NCBI RefSeq assembly: GCF_006345805.1
Contig: NC_043006.1
Span: 79,360,001-79,424,000, forward strand
Source: Octopus sinensis
Lineage: Eukaryota
Reading direction: 5' to 3'
DNA: 64,000 bases
Positions 36,639-48,651 of the stretch are shown here, piece by piece (position 1 is the stretch's first letter; each line of letters opens with the position of its first letter). A program made the position numbers and the translations under genes. The notes under the pieces were generated by a model. That model was not told the DNA's origin. It saw only the letters and a program-made list of their open reading frames with translations, and did not search any database.

Positions 36639-37886
36639 GAGAGACATATATACAAACGTACATACAAATATATACACACTTGAATACATATATACCTACA
36701 CACATATATTACACATATACAAGCAATATACAAGCTTACATACACACATACATACAATGTCAACAAAAAGAATACAGTAAACATACTGTGGGAGTGGAAA
36801 ATCCAACATTTGGGACACACGCAGTACATACATTACACACATAAACCCGTGTGTGTGTGTACACACTGAAACATATGTAGCTATGTACATACACTTACTC
36901 ATCCTACATGTATTTTCACTTTAAATACAATTACATGACAAAGCAGTTTCTTGCAATCGTTTGGTCATTCATTCGTCGTATTTACACATCATGAAGAAAA
37001 AGCCTGTAAAGAATCACACCTCTCCACGACCAAAACCACCAACACCAACACCACTCCAATTACCACCCCACCCCCAAGCCACCTGCTAGCCAATCTACGT
37101 CAGTCAAAGCTAATGAGGGAGTCCCTTTGTTGTCGTTTGAACAGCTAGAAATAGCAGCTAAATTTCTCTCAAACTGTATAACCTTCATGGGTTTAAGAAA
37201 TTTACTTAGCAACCACGTGGTTTCAGGTTTAGTCCCACTGTGTGATACCTTGGGCAATGGTCTTCTATAGTTCTGAGCCAACCAATGTTTTGTGAGTGGA
37301 TCAGGTAGATGGAAACTGTATGGAAGCCCATCATCATCATCGTCATGATTTCGACATCCATAGAGGTGCAGGCGTGGCTGTGCGTTAAGAAGCTTGCTTC
37401 CCAACCACATGGTTCTGGATGTGTGTGCACCTGTGTGTGTGTGTGTGTGTGTGTCAAGAGCGGGTGTGTGAAAGTGTGTAAGTGTGTGTGTGTGCATGCA
37501 CACTAGTGTGGGTGTGTGAATATGTGTGAGTGTGCACTTCTGGATGTGTGTGTGTACTCCTCTATTTGTGTGTGTCTGTAGACTTGTGTGTATGGTGTGT
37601 CTGTGTTTGACTAAACTCTTCAAGGTTGTGTTCCAGTATGGCCACGGCCCATTGACTGAAACAAATGAAAGGAGAAAAGAAGAAAAGAGCTATCTTACAA
37701 ATCAACAGAACCATCAGATAATGTAGTCCTACATACACTATGTCAACAAAACAAGGTCAAAACTATGAAAAACTATGCCAATAAAAAAAAACATACGAAG
37801 GTTATAATAAATTCAGGTAATAGATCTGCTAAGTTAGAACTCACCTGAGCCTAATCAACAACAATAACAACAACATATACCTAACT

Positions 37887-38353
37887 GTGTAGTAAAGATT
37901 GTTTGCCAACATAACATGGCAGTCCTTGTTTAGGACTAATGTTGCTGTAATTTAGCCCCAGGAGACCGTCTCCAGCTGGCTATACGACACAATGTGTGTC
38001 CTTATATTTTCAAACAAGGGAATCTAGCACCCCAACTCAGCTCAAAACAGTATCTGTGTATTGCGATTTCTGGGTTATTTCCCTTCATCAGCACAGAATA
38101 ATTGTTTAGCTAGATGAAGAGAAATACACAGATACTGTTTTGAGCTGAGTGGGGATGCTAGATTCCCTTGTTCGAAAATATAAGGATACAGATCGTGTTG
38201 TACAACCAGTTGGAGACAATGTCTCCTGGGGCTAAATTACAGCAACATTAGTTCTAAACCAGGACTGCCATGTTATGTTGGCAAACAATCTTTACTACAA
38301 AGAACTGTTGCTGAATATCTCACATTGTGAGATTTAAAAATAGTAATTTTCTA
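37887..38353. mobile_element. Non-coding Penelope-like fold-back insertion
   Basis: Inverted arms 37888-38062 and 38123-38299; 12-bp direct repeat ATATACCTAACT at 37875-37886 and 38354-38365; hammerhead motif at the centre. Confidence 0.75.
38053..38097 (-). ncRNA. Candidate minimal type I hammerhead ribozyme
   Basis: Minus strand: UCUGUG-CUGAUGA-A GGG AAAUAA CCC A-GAAA-UCGCAA-UA-CACAGA; 6-bp stem I, intact CUGANGA, GAAA and UH boxes. Confidence 0.7.
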
Positions 38354-38554
38354 ATATACCTAACTATTCTACATTTAATGTATCTCAACACACCTTTTGA
38401 TCCCCAATAACATCTTGGCCCATGAATACAAGAACCATCTTCACTATACACCCTACCTTGACATCAGGCCACTCCATCAATGCCCACCATAACACACTCC
38501 AAAGTGTTTCAACACACCTCCCCTATATAATAACATCTTGTCCTATTCGATGTT

Positions 38555-38895
38555 AGGCATGTGACTCAGTGGTTAGAGTGTCGGGCTCACAATCATAAGG
38601 TAGTGAGTTCAATTCCTGGACCGGGCTGCGTGTTGTGTTCTTGAGCAAGACACTTTATTTCACATTGCTCCAGTTCATTCAGCAGTAGAAATGAGTTGCA
38701 ATATCATGGGTGCCAAGCTGTATCAGCACCTTTGCTTTTCCCTTGTATAACATCAGTGGTATGGAGAGGCTAGTATGCATGGATGACTGCTGGTCTTCCA
38801 TAAAAAACCTTGCCCAGACTTTTGCCTAAGAGGGGAACTTTCTAGGTGCATTCCCATGGTCATTCATGACCGAAGGGAGTCTTTACTCTTTTATC
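38555..38895 (+). mobile_element. Full-length SINE family B
   Basis: A box TGACTCAGTGG, B box GAGTTCAATTCC, CORE-like GTTCTTGAGCAAGACACTTT...GTAGAAATGAGT, tail CTTTACTCTTT. Confidence 0.85.
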
Positions 38896-40620
38896 CTAGT
38901 CAATATATGACCCTACAACACTGTCCACTGCATTTCTGTAATAACACCTTTGTTCTTTTGCCAATGTGCTCCATTCTTGCCAAGAAAAACCCTATCTCAG
39001 CCTTAGGCCACTCCATCAGCACCCACCACAACATACTCCATACTTCTCATCACATCTCTCCTCAACCCAATAGCACCATTGTTTTCCCCAATATTCGCTC
39101 TTCTTGCCAAGAAGTTTGGCCGAAGTTTCTAGAAGGATGGTTAACAGTTATAAAAGACTGGTATATTCAACTTGACCAGAGAGACACTAAGACATCTAGG
39201 GGAATCTATGTTGGCTACCTCAGCAAATTGTTGTCTACTCCATCCTCTTTACCAACAGGTCATTACAACAATACACAGCCTCATTCATGAGTTGTGCCTC
39301 AATATTCCCTTGCCTCAAAAATAATCCTACTCACTATCTCTCTCAATAACACAATCACTCAAGCCAACAATAAAGCCCTTACATAATCACTCCCACCAGT
39401 TAGAAATAGCAGCTAAAATACCCTCATATCAAACCTTACCATCTTAAAAAGTAAAGGAAATGATGTATTAGATAATGTGACCATAGATATCTCTAAAATG
39501 ATAAGAGGGTACATGGTTATAGTTGGACTACCTTAGACCATAAGTATGCTCAAAGAGGGCTAACCTGAGGCTAAACAATAAGAAATGTTGCTATTGTTGT
39601 TTTTGTTGTTGTCGTTTAATCCCAAGTCAGCCTTAATCAAGTACCAATGATAAAGGCTGTTGTTTTGTTTAGCCCAAGGTAAGCTCTGACTAAGCAAACC
39701 TGTAACAAAAGATATTCCAGCCATGACAGTCCCACCCGTTGTCTCCAGCTCAATCAAGACTTAAGACTACAAAATAAGAACACCTGTTTAAACCTGGGTC
39801 AGACGTGGTAATACAAACCTGTGTTCCACTCATGACCATCTCAACTTTAGTTTTATTTTCTTATTTTTGTTTACATAAATTGTATTTCACATTACATTCA
39901 TTCAATGCAGCCATGTTTTTTTTTGTTTTGTTTTTTTTTCTGAATAAGGCAGGGTGAGATCTGAGGAGAATTCAACTGTTATTTCTAGCAGACCAAGTAA
40001 TAACATACAGGGTTCCTTCACAGACTCAAAAGCAACACTGTTGATACTAGCAGGTCACATAACCTACTTCTGTTGATGGGAAATTGATAAGTCAGAGAGT
40101 GACACTCCACTTTAATCTGGGACTTTAGGTGGGTGTTTTAGCAATCTAAAGTATACACATCATAAATCTGATGTTATTTATTTCCTTGTTGGTTGGCTCA
40201 AGTGATATACCTTACTCTATCAACACATCAGATATGCAGATTTTTCTATGTCCAGATGTCTTTCCCATTGCCAACATTCACCCATTTCTCCTTTTAACCA
40301 GGAATGTTTTCAAGGAAGAGTAGAAATGAATGTCATTGCATAAATGATGGTGACACTCATTCAAAACTATTGCATGATGTCAAGACAAGGAAATACAAAC
40401 ACACACACACACACACACACGTGTCACATACACACGATGGGTTTCTTTCAGTTTCCATCCACTAAATCCACTCACAAGGCTTTGTTCAGCTTGATATTAT
40501 AGCAGAAGGCCCAAGGTGCCAAGCAGTGGAACTGAACATGAAACCATGCAATAGCAATGAGAATTTCATTAACTACACAGCCATGCCTGCTACACTGCCC
40601 ACACATACACAAATACATGT

Positions 40621-40677
<57 letters not shown>

Positions 40678-40681
<4 letters not shown>

Positions 40682-41036
40682 CTTTTACTTGTTTCAGTCA
40701 TTTGACTGTGGCCATGCTGGAGCACCGCCTTTTAGTTGAGCAAATCGACCCCAGGACAATTTTCTTTGTAAGCCTAGTTCTTATTCTATCGGTCTCTTTT
40801 GTCAAACTGCTAAGTTATGGGGACGTAAACACACCAGCGATGCTGGGGGGACAAACACAGACACACACATACATATATATATACATACACACACACACAT
40901 ATATGATGGGCTTCTATCAGTTTCTATCTACTAAATCCACTCACATGGCTTTGGTCGGCCCAAGGCTATAGTAGAAGACACTTACTCAAGGTGCCTCGCA
41001 GTGGAACTGAACCCAGAACCATGTGGTTCGTAAGCA
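40678..41036 (-). mobile_element. SINE family A
   Basis: Reverse complement of the family A reference; 5' end truncated. Confidence 0.88.
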
Positions 41037-41226
41037 AATCAACATCATCGTTTATGTAAGTTATAATGAAAGTTTGGATTTAAGCTTTAGATTTAAACCG
41101 TGTTTTGGGTACATCCCTCGTAGTATGCTGGCAAAGCACATTCATTGTTTATGGCTACCTGATGTTATCGCAGTAATTGCACAATCACCACTGGATCTAA
41201 GTTAGGAATTCCACGGTGCACATTGA

Positions 41227-41414
41227 ATATAGTAGAAACAATTCATATGAAACAAAGAATTTACTGGAAACTTTATTTTATCACAACAGTCATTTTGACA
41301 CATCCTGCACCACCACCTCGTATAGAGAGCTGTGCAGGATGTATCAAAACAACCATTATGATAAATAAAGTTTCCAGTAAATTCTATCGTCCATATCAAT
41401 TGCTTCTACTATAT
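41227..41414. repeat. Inverted repeat with arms of about 84 bp and a 21-nt spacer
   Basis: ATATAGTAGAA...GAATTTACTGGAAACTTTATTT...CATCCTGCAC versus GTGCAGGATG...AAATAAAGTTTCCAGTAAATTC...TTCTACTATAT. Confidence 0.85.
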
Positions 41415-41446
41415 ATATAGTAGGCCTATACTACGCCTATATATAT

Positions 41447-41861
41447 AGGCGTAGGAGTGGCTGTGTAGTAAGTAGCTTGCTTACGAACCACATGGTTCTG
41501 GGTTCAGTCCCACTGTGTAGTGCTTTGGGCAAGTGTCTTCTACTATAGCCTCAGGCTGACCAAAGCTTGATGAGTGGATCTGGTAGACGGAAACTGAAAG
41601 TAGCCCGTCATATATATGTATGTATGTATATATATATATATGTACATGTGTGTATATGTTTGTGAGTCTGTGTTTGTCCCCCAACATCGCTTGACATCCG
41701 ATGCTGATGTGTTTATGTCCCTGTAACTTAGCGGTTTGGCAAAAGAGACCGATAGAATAAGTACTAGGCTTACAAAGAATAAGTCCTGGGGTCGATTTGC
41801 TCGACTAAAAGGCGGTGCTCCAGCATGGCCACAATCAAATGACTGACACGAGTAAAAGAGT
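41447..41861 (+). mobile_element. Full-length SINE family A
   Basis: Complete head, body and tail. Confidence 0.9.
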
Positions 41862-42211
41862 GTATATATATATATATTTACACACACAAACACTTAATCA
41901 TTTCACATCTATATTCCATATTGGTATGGGTTGAACAGAGTGTATGTATGGTGTGTGTGTGTGTGTGCGTAATGTATTTCGAAGAAGTAAAGTAAATTAT
42001 CTTTAAGGGCAGATCTTTTATACATTAATATCTTTTTACTACGCCCCACTCCCATCAATCTTCAACAGCCAAAATACAATTCGATACAAATATGCCAACC
42101 ATCACTTTACTATAATAAGAGTGACTCACTCAATACATGCAGTAACAGCGTCCCATATGAAGATGTATATCGTCCAGCAGTCATGCTTACTTTAGTCATA
42201 TATATATATAC

Positions 42212-42258
<47 letters not shown>

Positions 42259-42337
42259 CATACATACATACATATACATACATACATATACATACATACA
42301 CATACATATACATACATACATACACATACATACACAT

Positions 42338-42366
<29 letters not shown>

Positions 42367-42368
<2 letters not shown>

Positions 42369-42579
42369 CTTTTACTTGTTTCAGTCATTTCACTGTAGCC
42401 ATGCTGGAGCACTGCCTTTAGTCAAGCAAATCAACCCCAGGACTTATACTTTGTAAGCCAACTACTTATTCTATTAGATCTCTTGCCAAACCTCTAAGTT
42501 ACAGGAACATAAGCACACCAGCATAGGTCATCAAGCGATGGTAGGGGAGACAAACACACACACACACACACACACAAAC

Positions 42580-42614
<35 letters not shown>

Positions 42615-42825
42615 CAAACACACACACACACATACACACGCACACACACACACGCGCATATATGATGGGCTTCTTTAAGTTCCGGTCTACCAAATCCATT
42701 CACAAGACTTTTGCTGGCCCGAGGCTATTTTAGAAGGCACTTGCCCAAGGGCCATGCAGTGGTACTGAACCCAGAATCATGTGGTTAGGAACCATGCTTC
42801 TTACCACACAGCCACGCCTGCACCT
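42367..42825 (-). mobile_element. SINE family A
   Basis: Reverse complement with a long internal (CA)n. Confidence 0.85.
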
Positions 42826-42925
42826 ATATACATATAAAATATCTTTGTATTCAATAACCAAAATATTGATTGGAAGGAATATCCAACAGCCAGTGGCAAA
42901 TATCATTTAAATAAAGTTATCACAT

Positions 42926-42958
<33 letters not shown>

Positions 42959-43443
42959 ACCCCCCTTCTTTCTCTCAATCATTTGCATATAGTGCAATGA
43001 TCTTATCAATGAGGAATATGTTGCATTTCTCAAAGTGGCAAGTGAATTAAAATATGTATTGTAAAAGGTTTTGTTTGAGGAATTTCATAAAGGAAGGAGG
43101 AGGAAGGGAGAGACAGACAGACAGAGTGAGAAACAAAGAGAGTGAAAGACAGACAAAGAGAGTGAGAGACAGACAGAGAGTGAGTAGCAGAGAGTGAGAG
43201 GAAAGAAAAGTGAGAAAGAAAGAGTGTCCCATGGTCAAGATTGCATAGTAGAAACTGCATCTGTCTGTAATGCAGCCATGGCTGTATGGTTAAAACGTTC
43301 ACATTTCAATCACATGGTTTCGAGTTCAGTCCTCCGGCACAGCCCCTTGAGCAAGTGTTTTCTACTATAACATCAAGGCCAAACCAATGCCTCACAAGTA
43401 AATTTGACAGTTGGAAATTGCATGAAGCTTACTGCATGTGTGT

Positions 43444-43505
<62 letters not shown>

Positions 43506-43962
43506 ATGCACACATGGGTGTGAAGGAGTGCATATGAGCATATGTGTTTGCAAATGTCTGCATGCTGCACTTAGTAGGAAAATGCATTGAAAAAGCTACA
43601 ACAGCCAGGTTTGCTGTCATTTCTTGTCAAATCATAATTCTGTACCAATTCTTTTATTTTTTTCTTATTATTCTTTTACCTGTTTCAGTCTTTTGACTGT
43701 GGCCCTGTGAGTGGATTTGGTATACAGAAACTGAAAGAAGCCCATTGTATATGTGTGTGTGTTTGTCCCCACCACTGCTTGATAACCAGTGTTGGTTTGT
43801 TTACATCCCTATAACTTAGCAGTTTTGGCATTAAGTACCAGGCTTAAAGAAAAAATAAGTACTGGAGTCAATTCATTTGATTAAAAGCTCTTCAAGGCAG
43901 TGCTCCAGTATGGCTGTAGTATAATGGCTGAAACATATAAAGACAAATATATATATATATAG

Positions 43963-44133
43963 TACGTAAAAAGCACCCACTACACTCACGGAGTGGTTGG
44001 CGTTAGGAAGGGCACCCAGCTGTAGAAACACTGCCAGATCAGACTGGACCTGGTGCAGCCTCCTGGCTTCCCAGACCCCAGTCGAACCGTCCAACCCATG
44101 CTAGCATGGAAAGCAGACATTAAACGATGATGA
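43963..44133 (+). mobile_element. RTE 3' tail (family D)
   Basis: Starts immediately after (TA)n; ends in (GAT)n. Confidence 0.85.
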
Positions 44134-44874
44134 TATCTAATGCTATACAATCAGCACTGAAACAACCCAGGTTTTATCAATGGGGAATATCTTTCATTGA
44201 ATACAAACAATTATATGAATGGATGAAATATTACACAAGTCAATTATCTGCCTCAAATAGCATATTCTATCAATGGAAGAAATATAGTTAGCTTCATATA
44301 CACACACACACACAAACATATACATACATACAAATACACATGCACATATGTATATATATTCATGCATATAGTATTCAGACAGATAAAATATGTATCACAC
44401 ATCTAGAATCTGCATCGAAACGACATATTAAATCAATGAGAAATGTTTAACAACCCACTTCACCTCAATTTTTTTGTTTCATATTATCAAGTGTTGGTTT
44501 CGTGTGGAACATTAATGGCATGATAAATTAAGCAGAATTACTGTGCATTGTTAAGAAGTCTGCTTCCCAACCATGCTGTCTTGGGCTCAATTGCACTGTG
44601 CACCAACATTTACTATAGCATCAAGCTGACGAAAGCCTTGTCAGAGGATTTGATGTATGGAAACTGAAAGAAGCTTGGCACGGTTGCATGGTAAGAAGCT
44701 TGTTTCCCAACTAGAGGGTTCAGGGTTCAGGCCCACTGTGTGGCACCTTCGGCAAGTGTCTTCTGCAATAGCTTTGAGTAGGGCAAACTCTGGTGGGTGA
44801 ATTTGGAAACCACTCAACCAAAACCTTGTGAGTGGATTTGGTAGATGGAAACTGAAAGAAGCCTGAAGTATATT

Positions 44875-45260
44875 ATCATCATCATTATTGCTTAATGTCC
44901 ATTCTCCATGCTGGCATGGGTTGGATGGTTTGGCCAAGGTCCGGAGAGCCAGTGGCTGCACCAAGCTCCAATCTGATCTGGCTATATTTCTACAGCTGGA
45001 TGCCCTTCTTAATGCCAACCACTCCAAGAGTGTAGTGAGTGCTTTTTATGTGCCACCAGCACAAGAGCCAGTCAGGTGAGCCTAGCATCAATCACATTCG
45101 GATATATATATATCATCATCATCATCATCATCATCGTTTAGCGTCCGTTTTCCATGCTAGCATGGGTTGGACGGTTCTACTGGGGTCTGTGAAGCCAGAA
45201 GGCATCAGGCCCAGTCAAATCTGGCAGTGTTTCTACGGCTGGATGCCCTTCCTAACGCCA
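44875..45260 (-). mobile_element. Two antisense RTE tails nested in a family A SINE
   Basis: (CAT)n-led tails at about 44875 and 45112, lying between the family A body (ends about 44865) and its tail (45285-45445). Confidence 0.75.
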
Positions 45261-45539
45261 CAGAGAGAGAGAGAGAGAGAGAGAGTGTGTGTGTTTATGT
45301 ACCATAGCTTAATGGTTTGGCAAAAGAGACTGATAGAATAAGGACCAAGCTTTTAAAAGTACTGGGGTGGATATATTCAACTAAAAATTCTTCAAGGCAG
45401 TGTGCTCCAGCATGGCCACAGTCTAGTGACTGAAAAAGATAAAGGATATACATGTGTGTGTATGTGCATATGTGTGTGATAGCCTTGCGTTGTCGTCACA
45501 TAATATCTGTAAACATACAAATAATATTGTTCACTTCCA

Positions 45540-45978
45540 AAGGTGGCAGCAGGCAGAAACATAGCACACCAGGTGAAATGCTTAGCAGTATTTCATCTGA
45601 CTTTACATTCTGAGTTCAAATTCCACCGAGGTCAACTTTGCCTTTCATCCTTTCAGGGTCGATAAATTAGGTATACTGGGGTCGATCTAATCGACTGGGC
45701 CCCTCCCCAAAAATTTCAGGCCTTGTGCCTAGAGTAGAAAAGATTCTATAATTTTAAGGCAGTTGGGCTGGCAGAAATGTTAGCATGCCAGGCGGAATGC
45801 TTAGCAGTATTTCATCTGCCATTAAGATGTGCTGAGTTCAAATTCCGCCGAGGTCGACTTTGCCTTTCATCCTTTCGGGGTTGATAAACTAAGTACCAGT
45901 TGCATGCTGGAACTGATCTAATTGACTGCCCTCCACTCTCCAAAAATTTCGGGCTTTGTGCCCAGAGTAGAAAAGAAT
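45540..45978 (+). mobile_element. Two head-to-tail family C SINEs
   Basis: Copies at about 45540-45745 and 45757-45978. Confidence 0.85.
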
Positions 45979-46989
45979 ATTGTTGACTTCCAATCTTCCA
46001 TGAAAAACATATATGCTGGACCATGAGAAAATATTATCTTGCTTGAAAGCAGGTGAGGGTTAGCAACAGGAAGGGCACCCAGCCATACAAAATCTGCCTC
46101 AACAAGTATCATCTGAACCAGGCAAGCACAGAAAAGTGGACATCAAATAAGGAATTGTGATGCAATGGATAACTACAGATCAGAAGATTCCAGGTTTAAA
46201 TTGTAACTAACATTCATGCTTGTGGTACATAAAAAGCACCTTTTGAGTATTGGGCCTCGCGGAGGCAATGACAAATGACCAAGTCCCTTGGCGATCTGCC
46301 ATGCTCGAGAAGAAAACCTATCGAGCCAGGTGAAATCATAGTCATGGAAGATACAGATGTCACACAACTGGCACCTGCGCTGGTGGAACATAAAAGCACC
46401 TGTTACACTCTTGGAGTGATTAGCGTTAGGAAGAGCATCCAGCCGTAGAAATCATGCTGGATCAGACAGGAGTCTGGCGCAGCCCCTCAGCTTACCAGCC
46501 CGGGTCAAACCGTCCAACACATACCAGTATGGACAACTGACATTAAATGATGATGATGATGATGGCAATGATGATCATGATGATGAGAACAATGGTGATC
46601 ATCATCATCATCATCGTTTGTATATGCATATGTATGTGTGTGCATTTGTACTGCAGGGAGAGAGTTCATACAGATGACTAAGCAATTCGTCTCATGAGAC
46701 ATTAAGACTCTGCTGCATAAAAACTGAAGCTGGAATGCAATAAAACACCAATGAGAAAGAGCAGCAACATGTAAACTGCTGCTTCCATTCCATAGTTCGG
46801 TTAATTATTACATTATTACCGAACAATGCTATCATGTCATTCCAGCATAAATACATATTTCATTATACTTCACTTGTAATCAATCATTTGTCATGTACAT
46901 ATAATATATATGTATACATATACACATATACAAACACACATACACTTATATATATGTGTATGTGTATGTGTATATATATATATATATAT

Positions 46990-47093
<104 letters not shown>

Positions 47094-47206
47094 CAGATGA
47101 ATATGGTACTTAAGTTGAAGGCACCAGAATTTAGTATGGTATTATCCATATAATTTAAAATAAGGTGATCAAAATCAAAATAAGCAACAACGATATCCAG
47201 AGGTAA

Positions 47207-47293
47207 TGCAGTACGATCGTTTCATGCAACGCCATTTAATTGAACAACGCAAACATTACATCAATTTAAAATGTAGAGCAATCTTCAGCTGCA
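47207..47293 (-). ncRNA. Candidate type I hammerhead ribozyme with enlarged stem II
   Basis: Minus strand: UGCAG-CUGAAGA-[U UGC ... GCA U, 58 nt]-GAAA-CGAUCG-UA-CUGCA; 5-bp stem I; perfectly palindromic stem III segment. Confidence 0.65.
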
Positions 47294-47464
47294 CAAAAAA
47301 CATAGAATTTAATTAAATTTGAAGGACTCGTTGGTATAATTTTATCCAAAACCTCCAAGAGGATAAGGAGATAGACAAAGAACCTGTTTTACCAACAACA
47401 TCACAGTTGTAACTCAGTCCTTCAAATTTAATTAAATTCTATGTTTTTTATGCAGCTGAAGATT
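47280..47464. repeat. Inverted repeat with 49-bp arms (47280-47328 / 47416-47464)
   Basis: AATCTTCAGCTGCACAAAAAACATAGAATTTAATTAAATTTGAAGGACT versus its reverse complement, one mismatch. Confidence 0.9.
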
Positions 47465-47854
47465 TCCTGGGATTGGAAATCTTCCCTTCATTTGGTTCTT
47501 GAACATTCAGCATTGGGATCAGGTCTGGATAAGGATTTGTTACATGCTCACAGTTGAAAATTCAAATTCTAAAAGAACTCCAAAAATTTGTGAACTTGCA
47601 GGTTTTACATTTAAACTGAATTTAAAGTAATACCATATTGCTAGGGTACTAACAAATGCGTTGTTATAATTGCAGTCTTTAGTTTGGGGCCACAGACCCA
47701 ATTAGTCCTCCACAAGAACTAGTTTAAAAGCCCACACAGAGTGCAGCTTTTATGCTAGTGTGTGTGTGTATGTATTGATTGGGTATCATCTGATGGTTGA
47801 TGTTTGATTGATTTAAGTATGTTTCTCCATTTTCTAATTTTGTATTATATATAT

Positions 47855-47896
<42 letters not shown>

Positions 47897-47899
47897 ATA

Positions 47900-48090
47900 A
47901 TATAATATTAATTAGAGACAAAACCACTATTATGCAAATCAAACAAAGAAAGACTTAATCCAATACATAAAAAATTTTATATAAATTAAATATAATTATA
48001 TTTAATTTATATAAAATTTTTTATGTATGGATTAAGTCTTTCTTTGTTTGATTTGCATAATAGTGGTTTTGTCTCTAATTAATATTATAT
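47900..48090. repeat. Spacer-less near-perfect palindrome with arms of about 95 bp
   Basis: Axis at TATAA|TTATA (47995/47996); one 1-nt indel between the arms. Confidence 0.93.
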
Positions 48091-48237
48091 TATATTTTAC
48101 TATAAAATTGGATTCAATCCTAAATCTGATTTTTCCCTGTAAATTTGGATTTATTCCCTAATATTTATTATTATATTACAAAGGGAGGCAGATAAAATCT
48201 GCCTTTTATAATAAGATATATATATATATATATATAT

Positions 48238-48615
48238 AGGTGCAGGCATGGCTGTGTGGTAAGAAGCTTGCTTCCCAACTACATGGTTCCAGGTTCAGTC
48301 CCACTGCATGGCACCTGTAGCCTCAGGTCGACAAAAGCCTTGTGAGTGGATTTGCTAAATGGAAACTAAAAGAAGCCCGTCATGTATACATATATGTATG
48401 CATTTGTGTGTGTGTCTGTTTTTGTTCCTCCACCATCACTTGACAACTGATGCTGGTGTGTTTATGTCCTTGCGACTTAGCAGTTCATCAAAAGAGACCA
48501 ATAGAATAAGTACCAGGCTTACAAAGAATAAGTCCTGGAGTCTATTTGTTCGACTAAAGAGAGTGCTCCAACATGGCTACAGTCAAATGACTGAAACAAG
48601 TAAAAGAATAAAAGA
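48238..48615 (+). mobile_element. SINE family A
   Basis: Head, body and tail match with a small internal deletion. Confidence 0.85.
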
Positions 48616-48618
48616 ATG

Positions 48619-48651
<33 letters not shown>

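Noticed and set aside
47451-47490. Plus-strand CTGAAGA...GAAA as another hammerhead
   Set aside because: No stem I partner or suitable UH site; it simply forms a 10-bp hairpin (GAAGATTTCC / GGAAATCTTC).
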